A stretch of 64,000 bases of DNA from Bdellovibrionales bacterium (lineage in GTDB: Bacteria; Bdellovibrionota; Bdellovibrionia; Bdellovibrionales; UBA1609). Positions within the stretch are counted from its first letter, which is position 1; each line of letters begins with the position of its first letter. Positions 27,746 to 38,622 of the stretch are shown here, piece after piece. Where the stretch lies: assembly GCA_965261545.1 (NCBI GenBank), contig CBDHDF010000010.1:512001-576000 (forward strand). Direction: 5' to 3'. The notes under the pieces were generated by a model, which saw nothing but the letters and a program-made list of their open reading frames with translations, made no database searches and was not told the DNA's origin. The position numbers and the translations under genes are program-made.

Positions 27746-27955
27746 TAATGCTAGTCATAAGGTGACAGCACAAATCATCACAATGCAAGCCGCCCCAAGA
27801 TCGATGCGATGCGTCTAATGCCCATTAGGGGAGGCTTTTTTTCTTTATTCGTAGGCCCCGCTCCTCTTCTCACCAACCTTGTTATCATGCCAGCCCTTGA
27901 TCCATTTTGGTGTTATTTGTGTTTACGTAATCCAATTTCTTTATCTTAACTCACT

Positions 27956-29218
27956 TTGCTTTCTTTGTTCAATATGACCTTGCCCTTCCATATGTATATG
28001 TTACTTTTAGCTATGCATATTGATTACCGACCCATGGGGCAATGGGAAAAACTTTGTCATCAATGGAGTCAACAACTTCACTTTCCAAGTGGCTCTGTGC
28101 AAGTTTACCAAGGACTCCCCCATGGCCTCATGGAAGTGGGTTTTGGTTTGACCAGGCTATTTCCCCACAGGAAGCGAATTCACTTTATCAAGGGGCTTAG
28201 CTCTCATTTTTCCCAATTGATAACGACTTTAGCTGTGGATGGCTATGATGTGGTGGAATGGACTCTCGAAGACCTCCAAGGCATGATTTCTTCCACAGAG
28301 TGGGAACAGAAGTTGGACAGCAAAGACCTCTTTGTTTTGTACTCTATGGATGACCCCCTTTTAGGGCGCCTTTTTCCCGTTCAAGCACTGGAAAAAATAG
28401 CACGAGATAAAAAAATCTTTCAAATATGCATCTCCCACAGTTGGCATCACTATGTCTCCAGAGAAATGATCTTGCAAGGCCAAAACAGTTACAAAATCAG
28501 TTTGTACTCCATGGACTTTAAGTGTTGCTTGGCTCACCTTGGAGAAAGGTCTCAAATCGAAGCTTTGACTTCAAGCTCTTTGAATTGGGAGGAGTGGCTC
28601 CATAGAGACATAGGTCTAGAGTGGAACCACATGACTCAAGCCACCCAGGTCCTATCACCCCCTAAGGTCAATGAAAATAAGAACCGGGAACTCATTTTGC
28701 AATTTGAATCCACCATCAGAAACAATGACCAAGATTTTTCAATAGCCCCAAGGGATCCAAATAACTCAAATCCTTCAAATACTCCAAGGGATTCAAGCAC
28801 CTCAAGTATTCCACATGTTCCAAATGACTCAAATCCTCCTGAAATGATAGCTCCTCTTCATGGGGCTCCAAGGCTGTTTGACCGTGCTGTTTTATGTTGG
28901 GAGGATATGGATGGGCTTACTCTCATCGACTGTATCGCCAAAGAAATGAATCTAGAGCTTGCCCCTCCTGGAGAGGATAAGAATTTTGAAACCACAAGCC
29001 TATCTCGTTGGCACTGTGAAAAATCCATGGGCTGGCTTCAAGACATGGGCATTTCTCCAAATCAAGCTAGGGGTTTGGTTATTTTTTCCCACTCCATAAT
29101 CAATGATCGCTTCATCGACATCCTTCTATGGGCTCGCAAGGCTGTTCTTCATCGACAATTAGGCTCCCCACCAACAACAACATCGTCAAAGCCCAACCCA
29201 ACCCTCCCTCAAAACTGA
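27956..29218 (+). CDS. Hypothetical protein
   Basis: 420-aa ORF at the head of a co-directional run. No motif recognised; start uncertain. Confidence 0.6.
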   Translation: MLSLFNMTLPFHMYMLLLAMHIDYRPMGQWEKLCHQWSQQLHFPSGSVQVYQGLPHGLMEVGFGLTRLFPHRKRIHFIKGLSSHFSQLITTLAVDGYDVVEWTLEDLQGMISSTEWEQKLDSKDLFVLYSMDDPLLGRLFPVQALEKIARDKKIFQICISHSWHHYVSREMILQGQNSYKISLYSMDFKCCLAHLGERSQIEALTSSSLNWEEWLHRDIGLEWNHMTQATQVLSPPKVNENKNRELILQFESTIRNNDQDFSIAPRDPNNSNPSNTPRDSSTSSIPHVPNDSNPPEMIAPLHGAPRLFDRAVLCWEDMDGLTLIDCIAKEMNLELAPPGEDKNFETTSLSRWHCEKSMGWLQDMGISPNQARGLVIFSHSIINDRFIDILLWARKAVLHRQLGSPPTTTSSKPNPTLPQN

Positions 29219-29228
29219 AGGCGAAAAA

Positions 29229-30326
29229 GTGAAATTCAAACCCTCCTCTAAAGCCCAGCCTTCTCTTAAAGCCCAGCCATCCTCTAAAACACAACCCTCT
29301 CTTAAAACTCAGCCCCCTCTGAAAAGACCACGCCTCCTTAAAAACTCGTCATCTCTCCAAAGCCGTCTTATCATCTTACTTAAAGTTCTTCTTGCCTGTG
29401 GACTCATTTATTGGCTTGTCACTGGAGGATATTTTGATCTCAAGGCTCTCTCTCATATTCTGTTCAACCCATATTATGCCTTGTTATTTATCGGACTTAT
29501 CGGACTCAATCTTGTGCTCGTGAACCTGCGTTGGTGGGTTTTGTTAAGGTCTCAAGGATTTCAATCGAGGATACCAGAAGTTTTTTCTCTTGGCCTCGTT
29601 GGTATTTTCTTTAACCACGCCGTTCCAGGGTCCATCGGGGGAGACCTTGTTAAAGGTTATTACCTTGTACAAAAGTATCCCCATAGAAAACTCCAAGCTG
29701 GCTTTACTATTGTTGTAGATAGGGCCCTTGGACTCTACACCATGAGTTGCCTCGCCCTGCTCGCTCTTGCCACAAGCACTTCTTTCATCAAAAATAACAC
29801 GATGCTTATGGCCACAGCCCTTGGAGTGTTGTCCCTATTTTCTTTATTCACGGCCTTCGTGTTTCTAAGTTATTCCAAAAGGTTTAAGAAAAAATTATTC
29901 CGCCTTTTTCAGAAGCTTCCGGGACGCATTATTGTACTTGACTTGTACAAAGCCCTATATAGCTATCGAAAAAACAAAAAAGCTTTGTTGTATGCCACAG
30001 GGCTTAGTATCCTAGCTCAAATTACTATGACAGTGTGTTTTTTCTGTGTGGGGTATATCCTTGGAGAAAGTTTGGAAGTTATGACCTATGTTTTTGCCGT
30101 CTCCGTGGGATTGATTATTGTTGCCGTTCCCATTGCACCAGCAGGTATTGGAGTCGGGCAAGTGGCCATGCTCTTTTTATTCCAGGCCCACTCAGGAGTT
30201 TCTTCCCAGGTGGGCCCCGTTGGTCTAAGTATTATCCAACTCACCTTCCTGCTGTGGGGGCTTGTGGGAGCCTATATTTATTTAAAACCCAAGACTCAAG
30301 TGCAAGAAGTAATAGGGAATATATGA
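29229..30326 (+). CDS. Lysylphosphatidylglycerol synthase TM / UPF0104 flippase-like protein
   Basis: Motifs LRWWVLL, FFNHAVPGSIGGD, VDRALG and PIAPAGIGVG. Multiple TM helices. Confidence 0.85.
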   Translation: MKFKPSSKAQPSLKAQPSSKTQPSLKTQPPLKRPRLLKNSSSLQSRLIILLKVLLACGLIYWLVTGGYFDLKALSHILFNPYYALLFIGLIGLNLVLVNLRWWVLLRSQGFQSRIPEVFSLGLVGIFFNHAVPGSIGGDLVKGYYLVQKYPHRKLQAGFTIVVDRALGLYTMSCLALLALATSTSFIKNNTMLMATALGVLSLFSLFTAFVFLSYSKRFKKKLFRLFQKLPGRIIVLDLYKALYSYRKNKKALLYATGLSILAQITMTVCFFCVGYILGESLEVMTYVFAVSVGLIIVAVPIAPAGIGVGQVAMLFLFQAHSGVSSQVGPVGLSIIQLTFLLWGLVGAYIYLKPKTQVQEVIGNI

Positions 30327-31675
30327 TCGACAATCGAACTCAAGTCCTCATTACATCGGTGAGAAAGCTTCTTCGCCGTGGAGCTGAGCCCAACATTCGA
30401 CGAATTCTCTCAAAGGCCCACGAAGCTGATGTTGCCGTTTTGTTGGAGAGCTTCGATATTAGCGAAAGAGTGCAGTTGTTTTACCTTGAAGAGGAGGAGC
30501 AAAAAAGAGCCTCCTCTCTCAGCTACCTTAGCCAAGATTCCCAAAGAGAACTTCTTGAACACCTGCCCAAGGACGAAATTCTCAAGATGCTTAGCCTTAT
30601 GGACTCCGACGATGCCGCCGATTTGCTAGGCTATCTTTCTGAGGAAGAGTCTAAAGACATTCTTCTCTCCATGGTCAAAGAAGATTCTGAAGAAGTAGCG
30701 GATCTCATGGGCTATCCCGAAGACTCCGCAGGCGGACTAATGAGTTCTGAGTATTTGAGCCTAGACAAAGACCTTACTGTGGCTGAAGCCATACAGGAAA
30801 TTCAACACGAAGACAATGAATCCAAGGTGGCCTTTTATATTTATGTCACCAATGAGCAAGGGCTCCTTATCGGCATCGTCAGTTTAAAGCAGCTTCTTTT
30901 ATCTAAGAAATCCAAACTTCTAAAAGACATTATGACCCCAGAAGTTATATCCACCACTATGGATGCTCACCAAGAGCAAGTGGCAGAGATTGTTGAAAGG
31001 TACGACTTTTTGTCTTTACCCGTTGTCGATGCTCAAAGAAAACTCATTGGTGTGATTACAGTGGATGATGTTCTCGATGTCATTCGTGAAGAGGCCGAAG
31101 AAGATTTATTGCAAATGGGGCAGGCGGGGGGAAGCATTCATCTTCCCTTTAAGGAGCATTTAAAGGCACGCTTTCCTTGGATTGTTCTCGCCTTTGCCAG
31201 TGGAGCCCTTTGTTTTTCTGTGGTCTACCTTTTTGGAGATCCTCCCATATCCTCTTTCTGGCTTATTGCGGCTTTCACTCCCATGTTGCTGTCTTTGGGG
31301 GCCACAGTGGGAGGACAATCCACAACTGTCGCTTTAGGGGTGATTCGTTCCACCAAGTCCGATATGATCCGATGGGGATTTCACTTGCAAAGGGAAAGCC
31401 AACTAGGTTTTGTCTTTGCGACCACCTTGAGTGCTGTTATATGGTTGATGGGAGAGCAACTTTTTCCCCAGCACGACCTAAGCCATATTGTGGCACTGGC
31501 CACATTTTTTCAAATCACCTTGTCCATGGTCATGGGCCACTTTATTCCCATGATCTTTCATCGTCTTCAAATGGAAACGACCATGGCCCTACTCCCACTT
31601 CTCACGATGCTTGCCGACCTCTCTGCCGTGGGTATCTTGTTTGGTTTTTTTAAAGTCTTTAAGAGGGTATGCTAG
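30323..31675 (+). CDS. mgtE: Magnesium transporter MgtE
   Basis: MgtE_N (MDSDDAADLL), YPEDSAGGLM, CBS pair, GGQS and TM domain. The start is reassigned to MIDNRT. Confidence 0.92.
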   Translation: MIDNRTQVLITSVRKLLRRGAEPNIRRILSKAHEADVAVLLESFDISERVQLFYLEEEEQKRASSLSYLSQDSQRELLEHLPKDEILKMLSLMDSDDAADLLGYLSEEESKDILLSMVKEDSEEVADLMGYPEDSAGGLMSSEYLSLDKDLTVAEAIQEIQHEDNESKVAFYIYVTNEQGLLIGIVSLKQLLLSKKSKLLKDIMTPEVISTTMDAHQEQVAEIVERYDFLSLPVVDAQRKLIGVITVDDVLDVIREEAEEDLLQMGQAGGSIHLPFKEHLKARFPWIVLAFASGALCFSVVYLFGDPPISSFWLIAAFTPMLLSLGATVGGQSTTVALGVIRSTKSDMIRWGFHLQRESQLGFVFATTLSAVIWLMGEQLFPQHDLSHIVALATFFQITLSMVMGHFIPMIFHRLQMETTMALLPLLTMLADLSAVGILFGFFKVFKRVC

Positions 31676-32271
31676 CCTCCATGATTCATGACAAAATCAT
31701 CGTTCTTAGAACCATCAAATACTCGGAGTCAGACCTCATTGTTCATGGGCTCAACACTGGAGGGGAAAAACGCCATTTCATAGCCAAAGGAGCCTTAAGA
31801 AGTCGAAGGCGCTTCAGTGGTGGTATTTTAGAGTCCACTCATTATATTCAAGTTAGCTATGGACGTCGAACCCAAAAGAAAGAGAAGGCTATGCACTTTC
31901 TCCATGAAGCCAGTCTTATCGAAGACTTTCCAAAAATTCGCACAAGCTATGAGCGTCTTGAAATGAGTTTTTATTTCTTAAAAATGACCAGCAAAGTAGG
32001 TTTGGAGGGAGACTGTGATTCGCCACGCCTCTTTCACCTCCTCGGTCACTCCCTGCGCTGCTTGGAAACCACTGGAGACCTCAATAAATTGAAATTCTTC
32101 TTTGAAGCAAAGCTTATGGAGCAACAAGGGGTTCTCCCCTTCGACACTTCCCTTCGAGAAGTGATCTCCACCTCTATTCTCGACCATGAACAGGTTTCTA
32201 GTAGCTCCGAAGATTGGAGGATGGCAAGATCCCTCGTTCGTCATAGTCTACAGGATTATTTAAATATATGA
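31669..32271 (+). CDS. recO: DNA repair protein RecO
   Basis: IVLRTIKYSESDLIV, AKGALRSRRRF. Confidence 0.88.
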   Translation: MLASMIHDKIIVLRTIKYSESDLIVHGLNTGGEKRHFIAKGALRSRRRFSGGILESTHYIQVSYGRRTQKKEKAMHFLHEASLIEDFPKIRTSYERLEMSFYFLKMTSKVGLEGDCDSPRLFHLLGHSLRCLETTGDLNKLKFFFEAKLMEQQGVLPFDTSLREVISTSILDHEQVSSSSEDWRMARSLVRHSLQDYLNI

Positions 32272-32347
32272 GCTTAGATCTTTTAAGATGTTTAGAAATA
32301 TTTCAAAATGCTCAGAAGTATTTTAAAATATTGGGAGATATTTTAAA

Positions 32348-33058
32348 ATGTTATTAAAAGAAATGTTATTAAAAGATAGGGTTGCGCAAGTTTTAGAAAA
32401 AGTTTTTTTGTCATCTGAAAAATCAGGTCGCAGTGGAAAAGATATTTGCATCTTGGCTGCGTCGAAGAAGCACCCCCCCCCTCTTATTCGAGAAGCCTTT
32501 CATTGTGGACTTTGCAATTTTGGTGAAAATTATATTCAAGAATACCATGATAAGGTGAAGGTTTTAGATGACTTAAAAATAATTTGGCATTTTATAGGCC
32601 CCTTGCAGAGCAATAAAGTTAAAAGTATTGTAGGAACTTTTGCTATGATTCAGTCTGTGGGACGTCTCAAGATTCTTCATGAAATTCACCGGCAATCCAT
32701 GAAAAAAAATCTTGTTCAAAAAATTCTTCTTCAAGTCAATTTCTCAAAAGAAAAAAGTAAATCGGGTTTTTTTGAAGAGGAAATACCTTCTGTTTTAGAG
32801 GCAGCCCAAAGTTGTCGTGGCCTTCAGGTATGTGGACTTATGGTGATGCCTCCTCCTGTAAATCATGAAGAGTGCAATCGAGCCATCTTTGCAAGGGCAA
32901 AAAGCGAATCTGAATTATGGAAAAAATATCTCAACCATGAACATCACCTAGGGGAATTATCCATGGGGACATCTCAAGATTTTTCTATAGCTATTGAAGA
33001 GGGGGCCACCATGGTGCGCTTGGGCTCTCTTCTCTTGGGTCCTAGAAAAATAAGCTAG
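32348..33058 (+). CDS. yggS: PLP homeostasis protein YggS
   Basis: Motifs FGENYIQE, WHFIGPLQSNK, LSMGTS and GATMVRLGS. Confidence 0.95.
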   Translation: MLLKEMLLKDRVAQVLEKVFLSSEKSGRSGKDICILAASKKHPPPLIREAFHCGLCNFGENYIQEYHDKVKVLDDLKIIWHFIGPLQSNKVKSIVGTFAMIQSVGRLKILHEIHRQSMKKNLVQKILLQVNFSKEKSKSGFFEEEIPSVLEAAQSCRGLQVCGLMVMPPPVNHEECNRAIFARAKSESELWKKYLNHEHHLGELSMGTSQDFSIAIEEGATMVRLGSLLLGPRKIS

Positions 33059-33288
33059 AAAGGCTTCAGAAAGGTCCTACATTCTCACTCGCTATAGAGT
33101 CGTGGGGCATCCCACTCCCACCGCATCTCTCACAAATGAGATTTAAGAAATATGGACCTTTGTATAGTTCTATACTTTTTTATTATCAACAAAGTAAAGA
33201 CAATATATAATATTTATTGATGAATAATATTAAATTTATATTTATCAACCTATTTTAAAAAAAACCTATTTAAAAAAAGGGGGGGGAC

Positions 33289-33651
33289 ATGAAGTCCTTT
33301 GTTCATTTTACTATTGTCGCTGCCATTTGTGGCTTGATATCAACCATAGCCTTGGGACATAACAACTCCGATACTTGGGGATATATGCGTGTCGATAATG
33401 ATGGAGCCTATGTCATTGCAACAAGGTGTTACGACATCTACGGCAACGATGTCAATTCATGGCAACGCACTCCCATTGGCGGATTTAGAAGTTGCCACGG
33501 CGCATACATAAGAGTGGATTTTCTCTTTCTCGATGCCCATAAAACGCAACGCTTCTGGCGAAGTGACTATGATTGTGGCAACAAAGGTCTCTATGTGACA
33601 CTCAAAGGAACCATTGATTTCTTTACTAAAGTAGAAGTTCGCTGTGAGTAA
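33289..33651 (+). CDS. Small secreted Cys-containing hypothetical protein
   Basis: Signal peptide, four Cys in the mature part, AT-rich upstream region. Confidence 0.65.
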   Translation: MKSFVHFTIVAAICGLISTIALGHNNSDTWGYMRVDNDGAYVIATRCYDIYGNDVNSWQRTPIGGFRSCHGAYIRVDFLFLDAHKTQRFWRSDYDCGNKGLYVTLKGTIDFFTKVEVRCE

Positions 33652-33986
33652 AGATGAGGCATCACCATATGCGATGGTTGTAGGATCCTTTTGACACAGA
33701 GATTAAAAAAAAGTTACCATGAATCTGGTTAGGGTTCTACAGTAGGATCCTAAAATAGTTGTAAGTAAAATAGAGAATTTTACAAAATTAACACATTAGT
33801 CTTGATTAATGAAGATTCATGGGCTAGTAGGTCTCTTTAGCTAGTAGGTCTCTTTAGCCAATAGGCATCATGGGCTAGAGATCCACAAATCAAATGCGCT
33901 TATCTTATAGATCTCCCGCAAAGATGACTTATAAGGTGACGTTGCGATCAGTAAGCCCAAAAAAGCCTCAAGAAGGGAGTTGTTAA

Positions 33987-35186
33987 GTGAAGCTACTGCT
34001 ATCCACTTTATCCACAAAACCAGCTGTCGCCGTGTTTGCTGTCGCTATTTTTGTCACTTTCATTCCAAAAGCAAATTCCAAGAATGTGAAGAGTTTTCAA
34101 GGGGGCGAAGAGGTGACCCAGGGGGAGGAAGCCGAAGTTAGGTGGAAATCCTACTACTATGAAGTTCAACGAGGTGAAACACTTTATTCGCTACTGCAGC
34201 AGTCTGGCTTCTCTGATCGTGAGATAAGTGATTTTATAAAAGAGTCTGGTCTTTCAGAAAACTTTTTTCTTGAAATAGGACAAACTTATTTGGAGAAAAG
34301 GAGGCCGGGGCATACGGAGTTACTTCTCTTTCAAAACGAGAGCAACCAAGCCCATGTTTTTACCAAGAAAGTGGGAGAGAAGTCTCGGAGTGTTTCCACA
34401 TACCATATTCAAAAGCAGCCCTTGAGAACTGAAGTCCATGAAGCGAAAGGACAAATGGTGGGCTCTATCTTGGGAAGCCTACAAAAGGTGGTTCCCGATA
34501 GGTTTATTGGCCTCCGCTTTCTAGATGCATTTGTTTTAGATTTTCATCTTGTGAGTGAGGTTCAGCGAGGCGCTCGATTTATAATCCGTTATGAGAAGAA
34601 AATGCTGGGGCCGAATATAATTCGCTATGGAGAACTCCTTTATGCAGAGTTGGAGATATCAGGCCACACCTACAAGCGTTACTTTATCCCTCTCGCACGC
34701 GGAGGGGTTTTTGTGGGAGAGAACCTCCATGACCAGCGTCCTTTATTTGCGCCCGTTGACTATATTCATATTTCTAGCCTTTTTCAAAAAAATCGTTATC
34801 ACCCTATTTATAAAAGGGTGATGCCCCATCGAGGAGTGGATTTTGTGGCAGCCACGGGAACTCCGGTTTATTCTGTGGCTTCAGGTGTTGTGGAAAAAAG
34901 GGGATACAGTCGTTCGGCGGGTTATTATGTGTCTGTCAAGCACGAAGGGGGATTGTCTAGTCATTACAATCACCTTCATAGAATTTCAGAAAATATCTCC
35001 TTAGGAGAATTTCTCCCTGCGGGAGTTCAACTTGGAAAAGTGGGGTGTACAGGTCTATGCACAAAGGCTCACTTGCACTTTGCTGTCAAAAGGGGTGGAG
35101 AATTTATCAACCCCATAGGCCTATTGAAAAATCACTCTTTTTTCCAAAAAAACCATTTGGAAAGAGAATTTGCCAAACTTCACTAA
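33987..35186 (+). CDS. M23 family peptidoglycan DD-endopeptidase
   Basis: HRGVDF and HLHF motifs. N-terminal LysM/OapA-like segment. Confidence 0.9.
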   Translation: MKLLLSTLSTKPAVAVFAVAIFVTFIPKANSKNVKSFQGGEEVTQGEEAEVRWKSYYYEVQRGETLYSLLQQSGFSDREISDFIKESGLSENFFLEIGQTYLEKRRPGHTELLLFQNESNQAHVFTKKVGEKSRSVSTYHIQKQPLRTEVHEAKGQMVGSILGSLQKVVPDRFIGLRFLDAFVLDFHLVSEVQRGARFIIRYEKKMLGPNIIRYGELLYAELEISGHTYKRYFIPLARGGVFVGENLHDQRPLFAPVDYIHISSLFQKNRYHPIYKRVMPHRGVDFVAATGTPVYSVASGVVEKRGYSRSAGYYVSVKHEGGLSSHYNHLHRISENISLGEFLPAGVQLGKVGCTGLCTKAHLHFAVKRGGEFINPIGLLKNHSFFQKNHLEREFAKLH

Positions 35187-35325
35187 AGATATCACCAAAT
35201 CTCACTAGAAATATAAATATTCACCATAAAGCCTATCTTGAGGTATTCTATAGACTTGAGGCATTCTTATAGATAATTCGTAGATAGAGAGTTTACCCAC
35301 AGTTCAAAAGCAGCTATAAGGGGTC

Positions 35326-36639
35326 ATGGATGTAAGAGACCCCATTCACGGATCGATTGCCCTCAGTTCTGCCGAATTAAAAATCATTGATAGTGTGGCC
35401 TATCAAAGGCTTAGGGCGATTAAACAACTGGGCTTTGCAGAGCTTAGCTTTCCAGGGGCCACCCACAACCGCTTTCTTCATTCCATAGGGGTTTGCCATC
35501 TTGCGGGGAGAATCTTTGACAGTGCTCTTCACAACTTTAAGTTTGGTTCTTCTGAAAGCACAACACGCTTGAGGCAATGCCTTAAACTGGCGGCCCTTCT
35601 TCACGATATTGGCCATGGACCTCTCAGTCATACCACGGAAGAGGTCATGCCCCCTGTGAAAGAACTCAATATTCCTGCATACAAAAATCGCCGCTCCGAC
35701 ATTGAGATTGAGCCCATGGATAACTCTCGTCAAGCCAACCATGAAGATTACACCATTAAATTTATCACTGATTCCTCCTTGTCTGTCATCATCCGACGTG
35801 AATTCCCCCAAATGGATCCCATTCATGTTGCCTGCCTTGTGGATAAATCCCTTCTTTGCCCCGATGATTTTTTCAAAGAGGGAGGCTTTGATCTTCGCCC
35901 CATTCTAAGCCAAATTATCAGTTCTGAAATGGACGTGGATCGCATGGACTACCTTGAAAGAGATGCTTATTTCTGTGGAACCAGTTATGGAAAAGTTGAA
36001 CTCGACTGGTTGCTTGCCAACACAACCCATCACCTTGTGGACGACCAGGTGTATTTGTCCTTACAAAGGAGGGCCCTTTACACTTTTGATGATTTCTTGC
36101 TCGCCCGCCATCACATGCACCTCATGGTTTATTTTCACCATAAAAGTATTATCTACGAAGAGCTTCTTTATAGATACTTAACTTCCAAGGATTGTCACTA
36201 TAAAATTCCCAGTCAGATTGAAGAGTACATTCATTGCACAGATTATGGTTTTTACCAACACCTCACCCAAGTCGACAATTTATGGGCAAGACGCATTGCC
36301 GATCAGATTCCCTATCAGAGACTGTTTGAGTGGCATTTCGTAGAGACTTCTTCACCTCGCACCAAGAAGATGAAAGAAATTCTTGCCAGTGAGGGTATTG
36401 ACACCATTGCTTCGAATTCAAAGGCTCGGCTTAGTAAGTGCCACTCCTCTCACCCCATTGAAAAATCCTTTCCCATTTATGTTGTGGACCCTTACGATAT
36501 TGGAGGTCAACCCCACAGCATTCAAGAAAGCACAGAAATTTTTAGTAAGTATGAAGAAATTCGTAGCATTGATCGCCTTTATGTGGCCCCTGAAAATTTG
36601 GAAAAATCCAAACAAATTCTTGTGGATCGAGGACTTTAA
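35326..36639 (+). CDS. HD-domain phosphohydrolase (dNTP triphosphohydrolase-like)
   Basis: Motifs RDPIHG, QRLRAIKQLG, HNRFLHS, LLHDIGHGPLSH and DVDRMDYL. Confidence 0.92.
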   Translation: MDVRDPIHGSIALSSAELKIIDSVAYQRLRAIKQLGFAELSFPGATHNRFLHSIGVCHLAGRIFDSALHNFKFGSSESTTRLRQCLKLAALLHDIGHGPLSHTTEEVMPPVKELNIPAYKNRRSDIEIEPMDNSRQANHEDYTIKFITDSSLSVIIRREFPQMDPIHVACLVDKSLLCPDDFFKEGGFDLRPILSQIISSEMDVDRMDYLERDAYFCGTSYGKVELDWLLANTTHHLVDDQVYLSLQRRALYTFDDFLLARHHMHLMVYFHHKSIIYEELLYRYLTSKDCHYKIPSQIEEYIHCTDYGFYQHLTQVDNLWARRIADQIPYQRLFEWHFVETSSPRTKKMKEILASEGIDTIASNSKARLSKCHSSHPIEKSFPIYVVDPYDIGGQPHSIQESTEIFSKYEEIRSIDRLYVAPENLEKSKQILVDRGL

Positions 36640-36708
36640 GAGCATCGAAGACTTTAAGAGCATAGAGAACTTTAAAAGTATAGAACACTTTCATGGAGGT
36701 CTGATATT

Positions 36709-37272
36709 ATGATTCAGGTATTGTTTGTATGTTTGGGAAATATTTGTCGCTCTCCAGCCGCAGAGGGAGTCATGAAAAAAATGATTGAAGACCGGGGATT
36801 TCAAAACAAAATATCTTGTGATTCGGCGGGAACTTCGGGCTTTCACCATGGACATCATGCAGACTCCCGTATGCATGAAACCGCATCCCAAAGGGGTTAT
36901 CAACTCACCAGCCGTTCAAGGAAGTTCACTGTCGATGATTTTCAACGCTTTGACTATATTCTGACTATGGATAACCAAAACTACAAAGATGTCATGAAAG
37001 GTGTCACAAAGGATGTTATGAAAAATATCACGAAGGATATCATGGATGATTCCCCGATGAAAAAAGTCCTTGGGAAAAAGGAGCATGGAGAAAAAGACCA
37101 AACTCTTGAGGATAAGGTTTACAAATTTGTGGATTTTTGCCAGGCCCACAATATATCTGAAGTGCCTGATCCCTACTACAAGGAGGACGAAGGCTTTCAG
37201 TTTGTCATGGACCTTCTTGAAGATGGTTGTAAAAATCTTTTGGATAAGATCGTCAAGGAAAATCAATGGTGA
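36709..37272 (+). CDS. Low-molecular-weight protein-tyrosine phosphatase
   Basis: CLGNICRS P-loop and DPYY. Confidence 0.95.
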   Translation: MIQVLFVCLGNICRSPAAEGVMKKMIEDRGFQNKISCDSAGTSGFHHGHHADSRMHETASQRGYQLTSRSRKFTVDDFQRFDYILTMDNQNYKDVMKGVTKDVMKNITKDIMDDSPMKKVLGKKEHGEKDQTLEDKVYKFVDFCQAHNISEVPDPYYKEDEGFQFVMDLLEDGCKNLLDKIVKENQW

Positions 37273-38288
37273 GCACCCAAACCTTTCAAAGCTTTAGAGT
37301 TCATGAAGCTAAAAAGGCAGGTCACCTTCAAGATATTTACCTCCATGACCTTACACAGGGAGATACGGTGATAAGGTCCTATTTTTCCAGTCTCAACTAT
37401 AAAGATGCCCTCGCTGTTACAGGTAAGGGCAAGATTCTCAAGCGTTTTCCACTCAATCCTGGTATTGATGTTGTGGGGGAAGTTATACAATCCTCAGACC
37501 CTCAACTTCATTCAGGCACCTTTGTCGTTATTACGGGCTGTCAACTGGGTGAGTCCTATGATGGTGGCCTTTCGGAAATTGTTCGTGTTCCCTCTTCCAT
37601 TGCCATCCCCCTTCCCCAAGGTCTTTCACCTAGAAATGCTATGATCTATGGAACAGCTGGTTTTACAGCAGCTCTTGCTATTTTAAGAATGGAAATCAAC
37701 GGACAAAAACCAAGTGATGGTCCCATTTTAATCACAGGTTCTAGTGGAGGAGTCGGTTCTTTTGCTGTGGCCTTCCTTCACCAAAGAGGATATGAAGTTC
37801 ATGCTCTGAGTGGCAAACCATCACAGCACCAAAGGCTTAAAGATTTAGGGGCCAACCAAGTGATGCTTCCTGAAGACCTTCATTTGGGTCATCGTCCCCT
37901 TGAAAAAGGTCTATGGGCGGGAGTCGTGGATAGCGTGGGCGGCGAATTGCTGTCCAAACTGATTCCACATATCAAGTTATGGGGTCAAGTGGCCTCTATT
38001 GGTTTGGCTGGAGGAGCTTCTTTTTCTGGAACAGTGATGCCACATATTTTAAGGGGCGTTTCCATTCTTGGTATAAGTTCCAATAATTGTCCTTGGGACA
38101 TGCGATTAAAAATTTGGAATGATTTGGCCTCTTTTGGGAAAGTGAAAAATTTGGATTCTTTTGTCAGCCAAAATATTCATCTAGAGGGAGTGCTCCGAGC
38201 TTGTGAGCAGATGCTCCATCGCAAAACCTTTGGTCGAATTCTCGTTGAGATACCGAGACCCACTTCGGGTTTTTCACTACGATTATAA
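37266..38288 (+). CDS. acuI: YhdH/AcuI family acryloyl-CoA reductase (MDR)
   Basis: Motifs SSLNYKDALA, GTAGFTAA, TGSSGGVGS and PHILRGV. Confidence 0.85.
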   Translation: MVSTQTFQSFRVHEAKKAGHLQDIYLHDLTQGDTVIRSYFSSLNYKDALAVTGKGKILKRFPLNPGIDVVGEVIQSSDPQLHSGTFVVITGCQLGESYDGGLSEIVRVPSSIAIPLPQGLSPRNAMIYGTAGFTAALAILRMEINGQKPSDGPILITGSSGGVGSFAVAFLHQRGYEVHALSGKPSQHQRLKDLGANQVMLPEDLHLGHRPLEKGLWAGVVDSVGGELLSKLIPHIKLWGQVASIGLAGGASFSGTVMPHILRGVSILGISSNNCPWDMRLKIWNDLASFGKVKNLDSFVSQNIHLEGVLRACEQMLHRKTFGRILVEIPRPTSGFSLRL

Positions 38289-38307
38289 AAAAACATAAAA
38301 AAAATAA

Positions 38308-38384
38308 TGGTAGCGAGGGAGGGACTTGAACCCCCGGCCACCGGATTATGATTCCGATGCTCTAACCAACTGAGCTACCTCGCC
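38308..38384 (-). tRNA. tRNA-Met (CAT), elongator type
   Basis: GGCGAGGTAGCTCAGTTGGTTAGAGCATCGGAATCATAATCCGGTGGCCGGGGGTTCAAGTCCCTCCCTCGCTACCA. Cloverleaf, CAT anticodon, encoded CCA. Confidence 0.93.
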
Positions 38385-38622
38385 ATGAGGGCTGAATAAG
38401 ATTCGCCAGTAGACGATCTAACCCCACAGATAAATTTAATGAGACTCCCAGTGAGGGATAATGAGGTTGGATAGTAACAATGTGGCAGCATCGAGTCAAA
38501 CAGCGTCAGAAACTTTATACACTCTATGCGTTATTCAACCCCCTATGAACGAACTCAATCACTTAAATAAACCCCTCACATGGCTCCAACCGCTGCCTCA
38601 ATCACCAGTGGGCACTTTCCAG

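Noticed and set aside
30035..30322. N-terminal extension of MgtE in the ORF track
   Set aside because: It overlaps the upstream gene by about 290 nt. The ATG at 30323, coupled to the upstream stop, is the more plausible start.
33860..33986. Riboswitch upstream of the M23 peptidase
   Set aside because: There is weak pairing potential, but I could not match c-di-GMP or c-di-AMP consensus motifs by eye. An Rfam scan would settle it.
35326..36639. Anti-phage dNTPase
   Set aside because: It sits in a housekeeping context with no defence-island neighbours and cannot be distinguished from an ordinary HD hydrolase.
38308..38460. tRNA as an integration site for a genomic island
   Set aside because: No duplicated tRNA 3' end and no adjacent integrase were seen.
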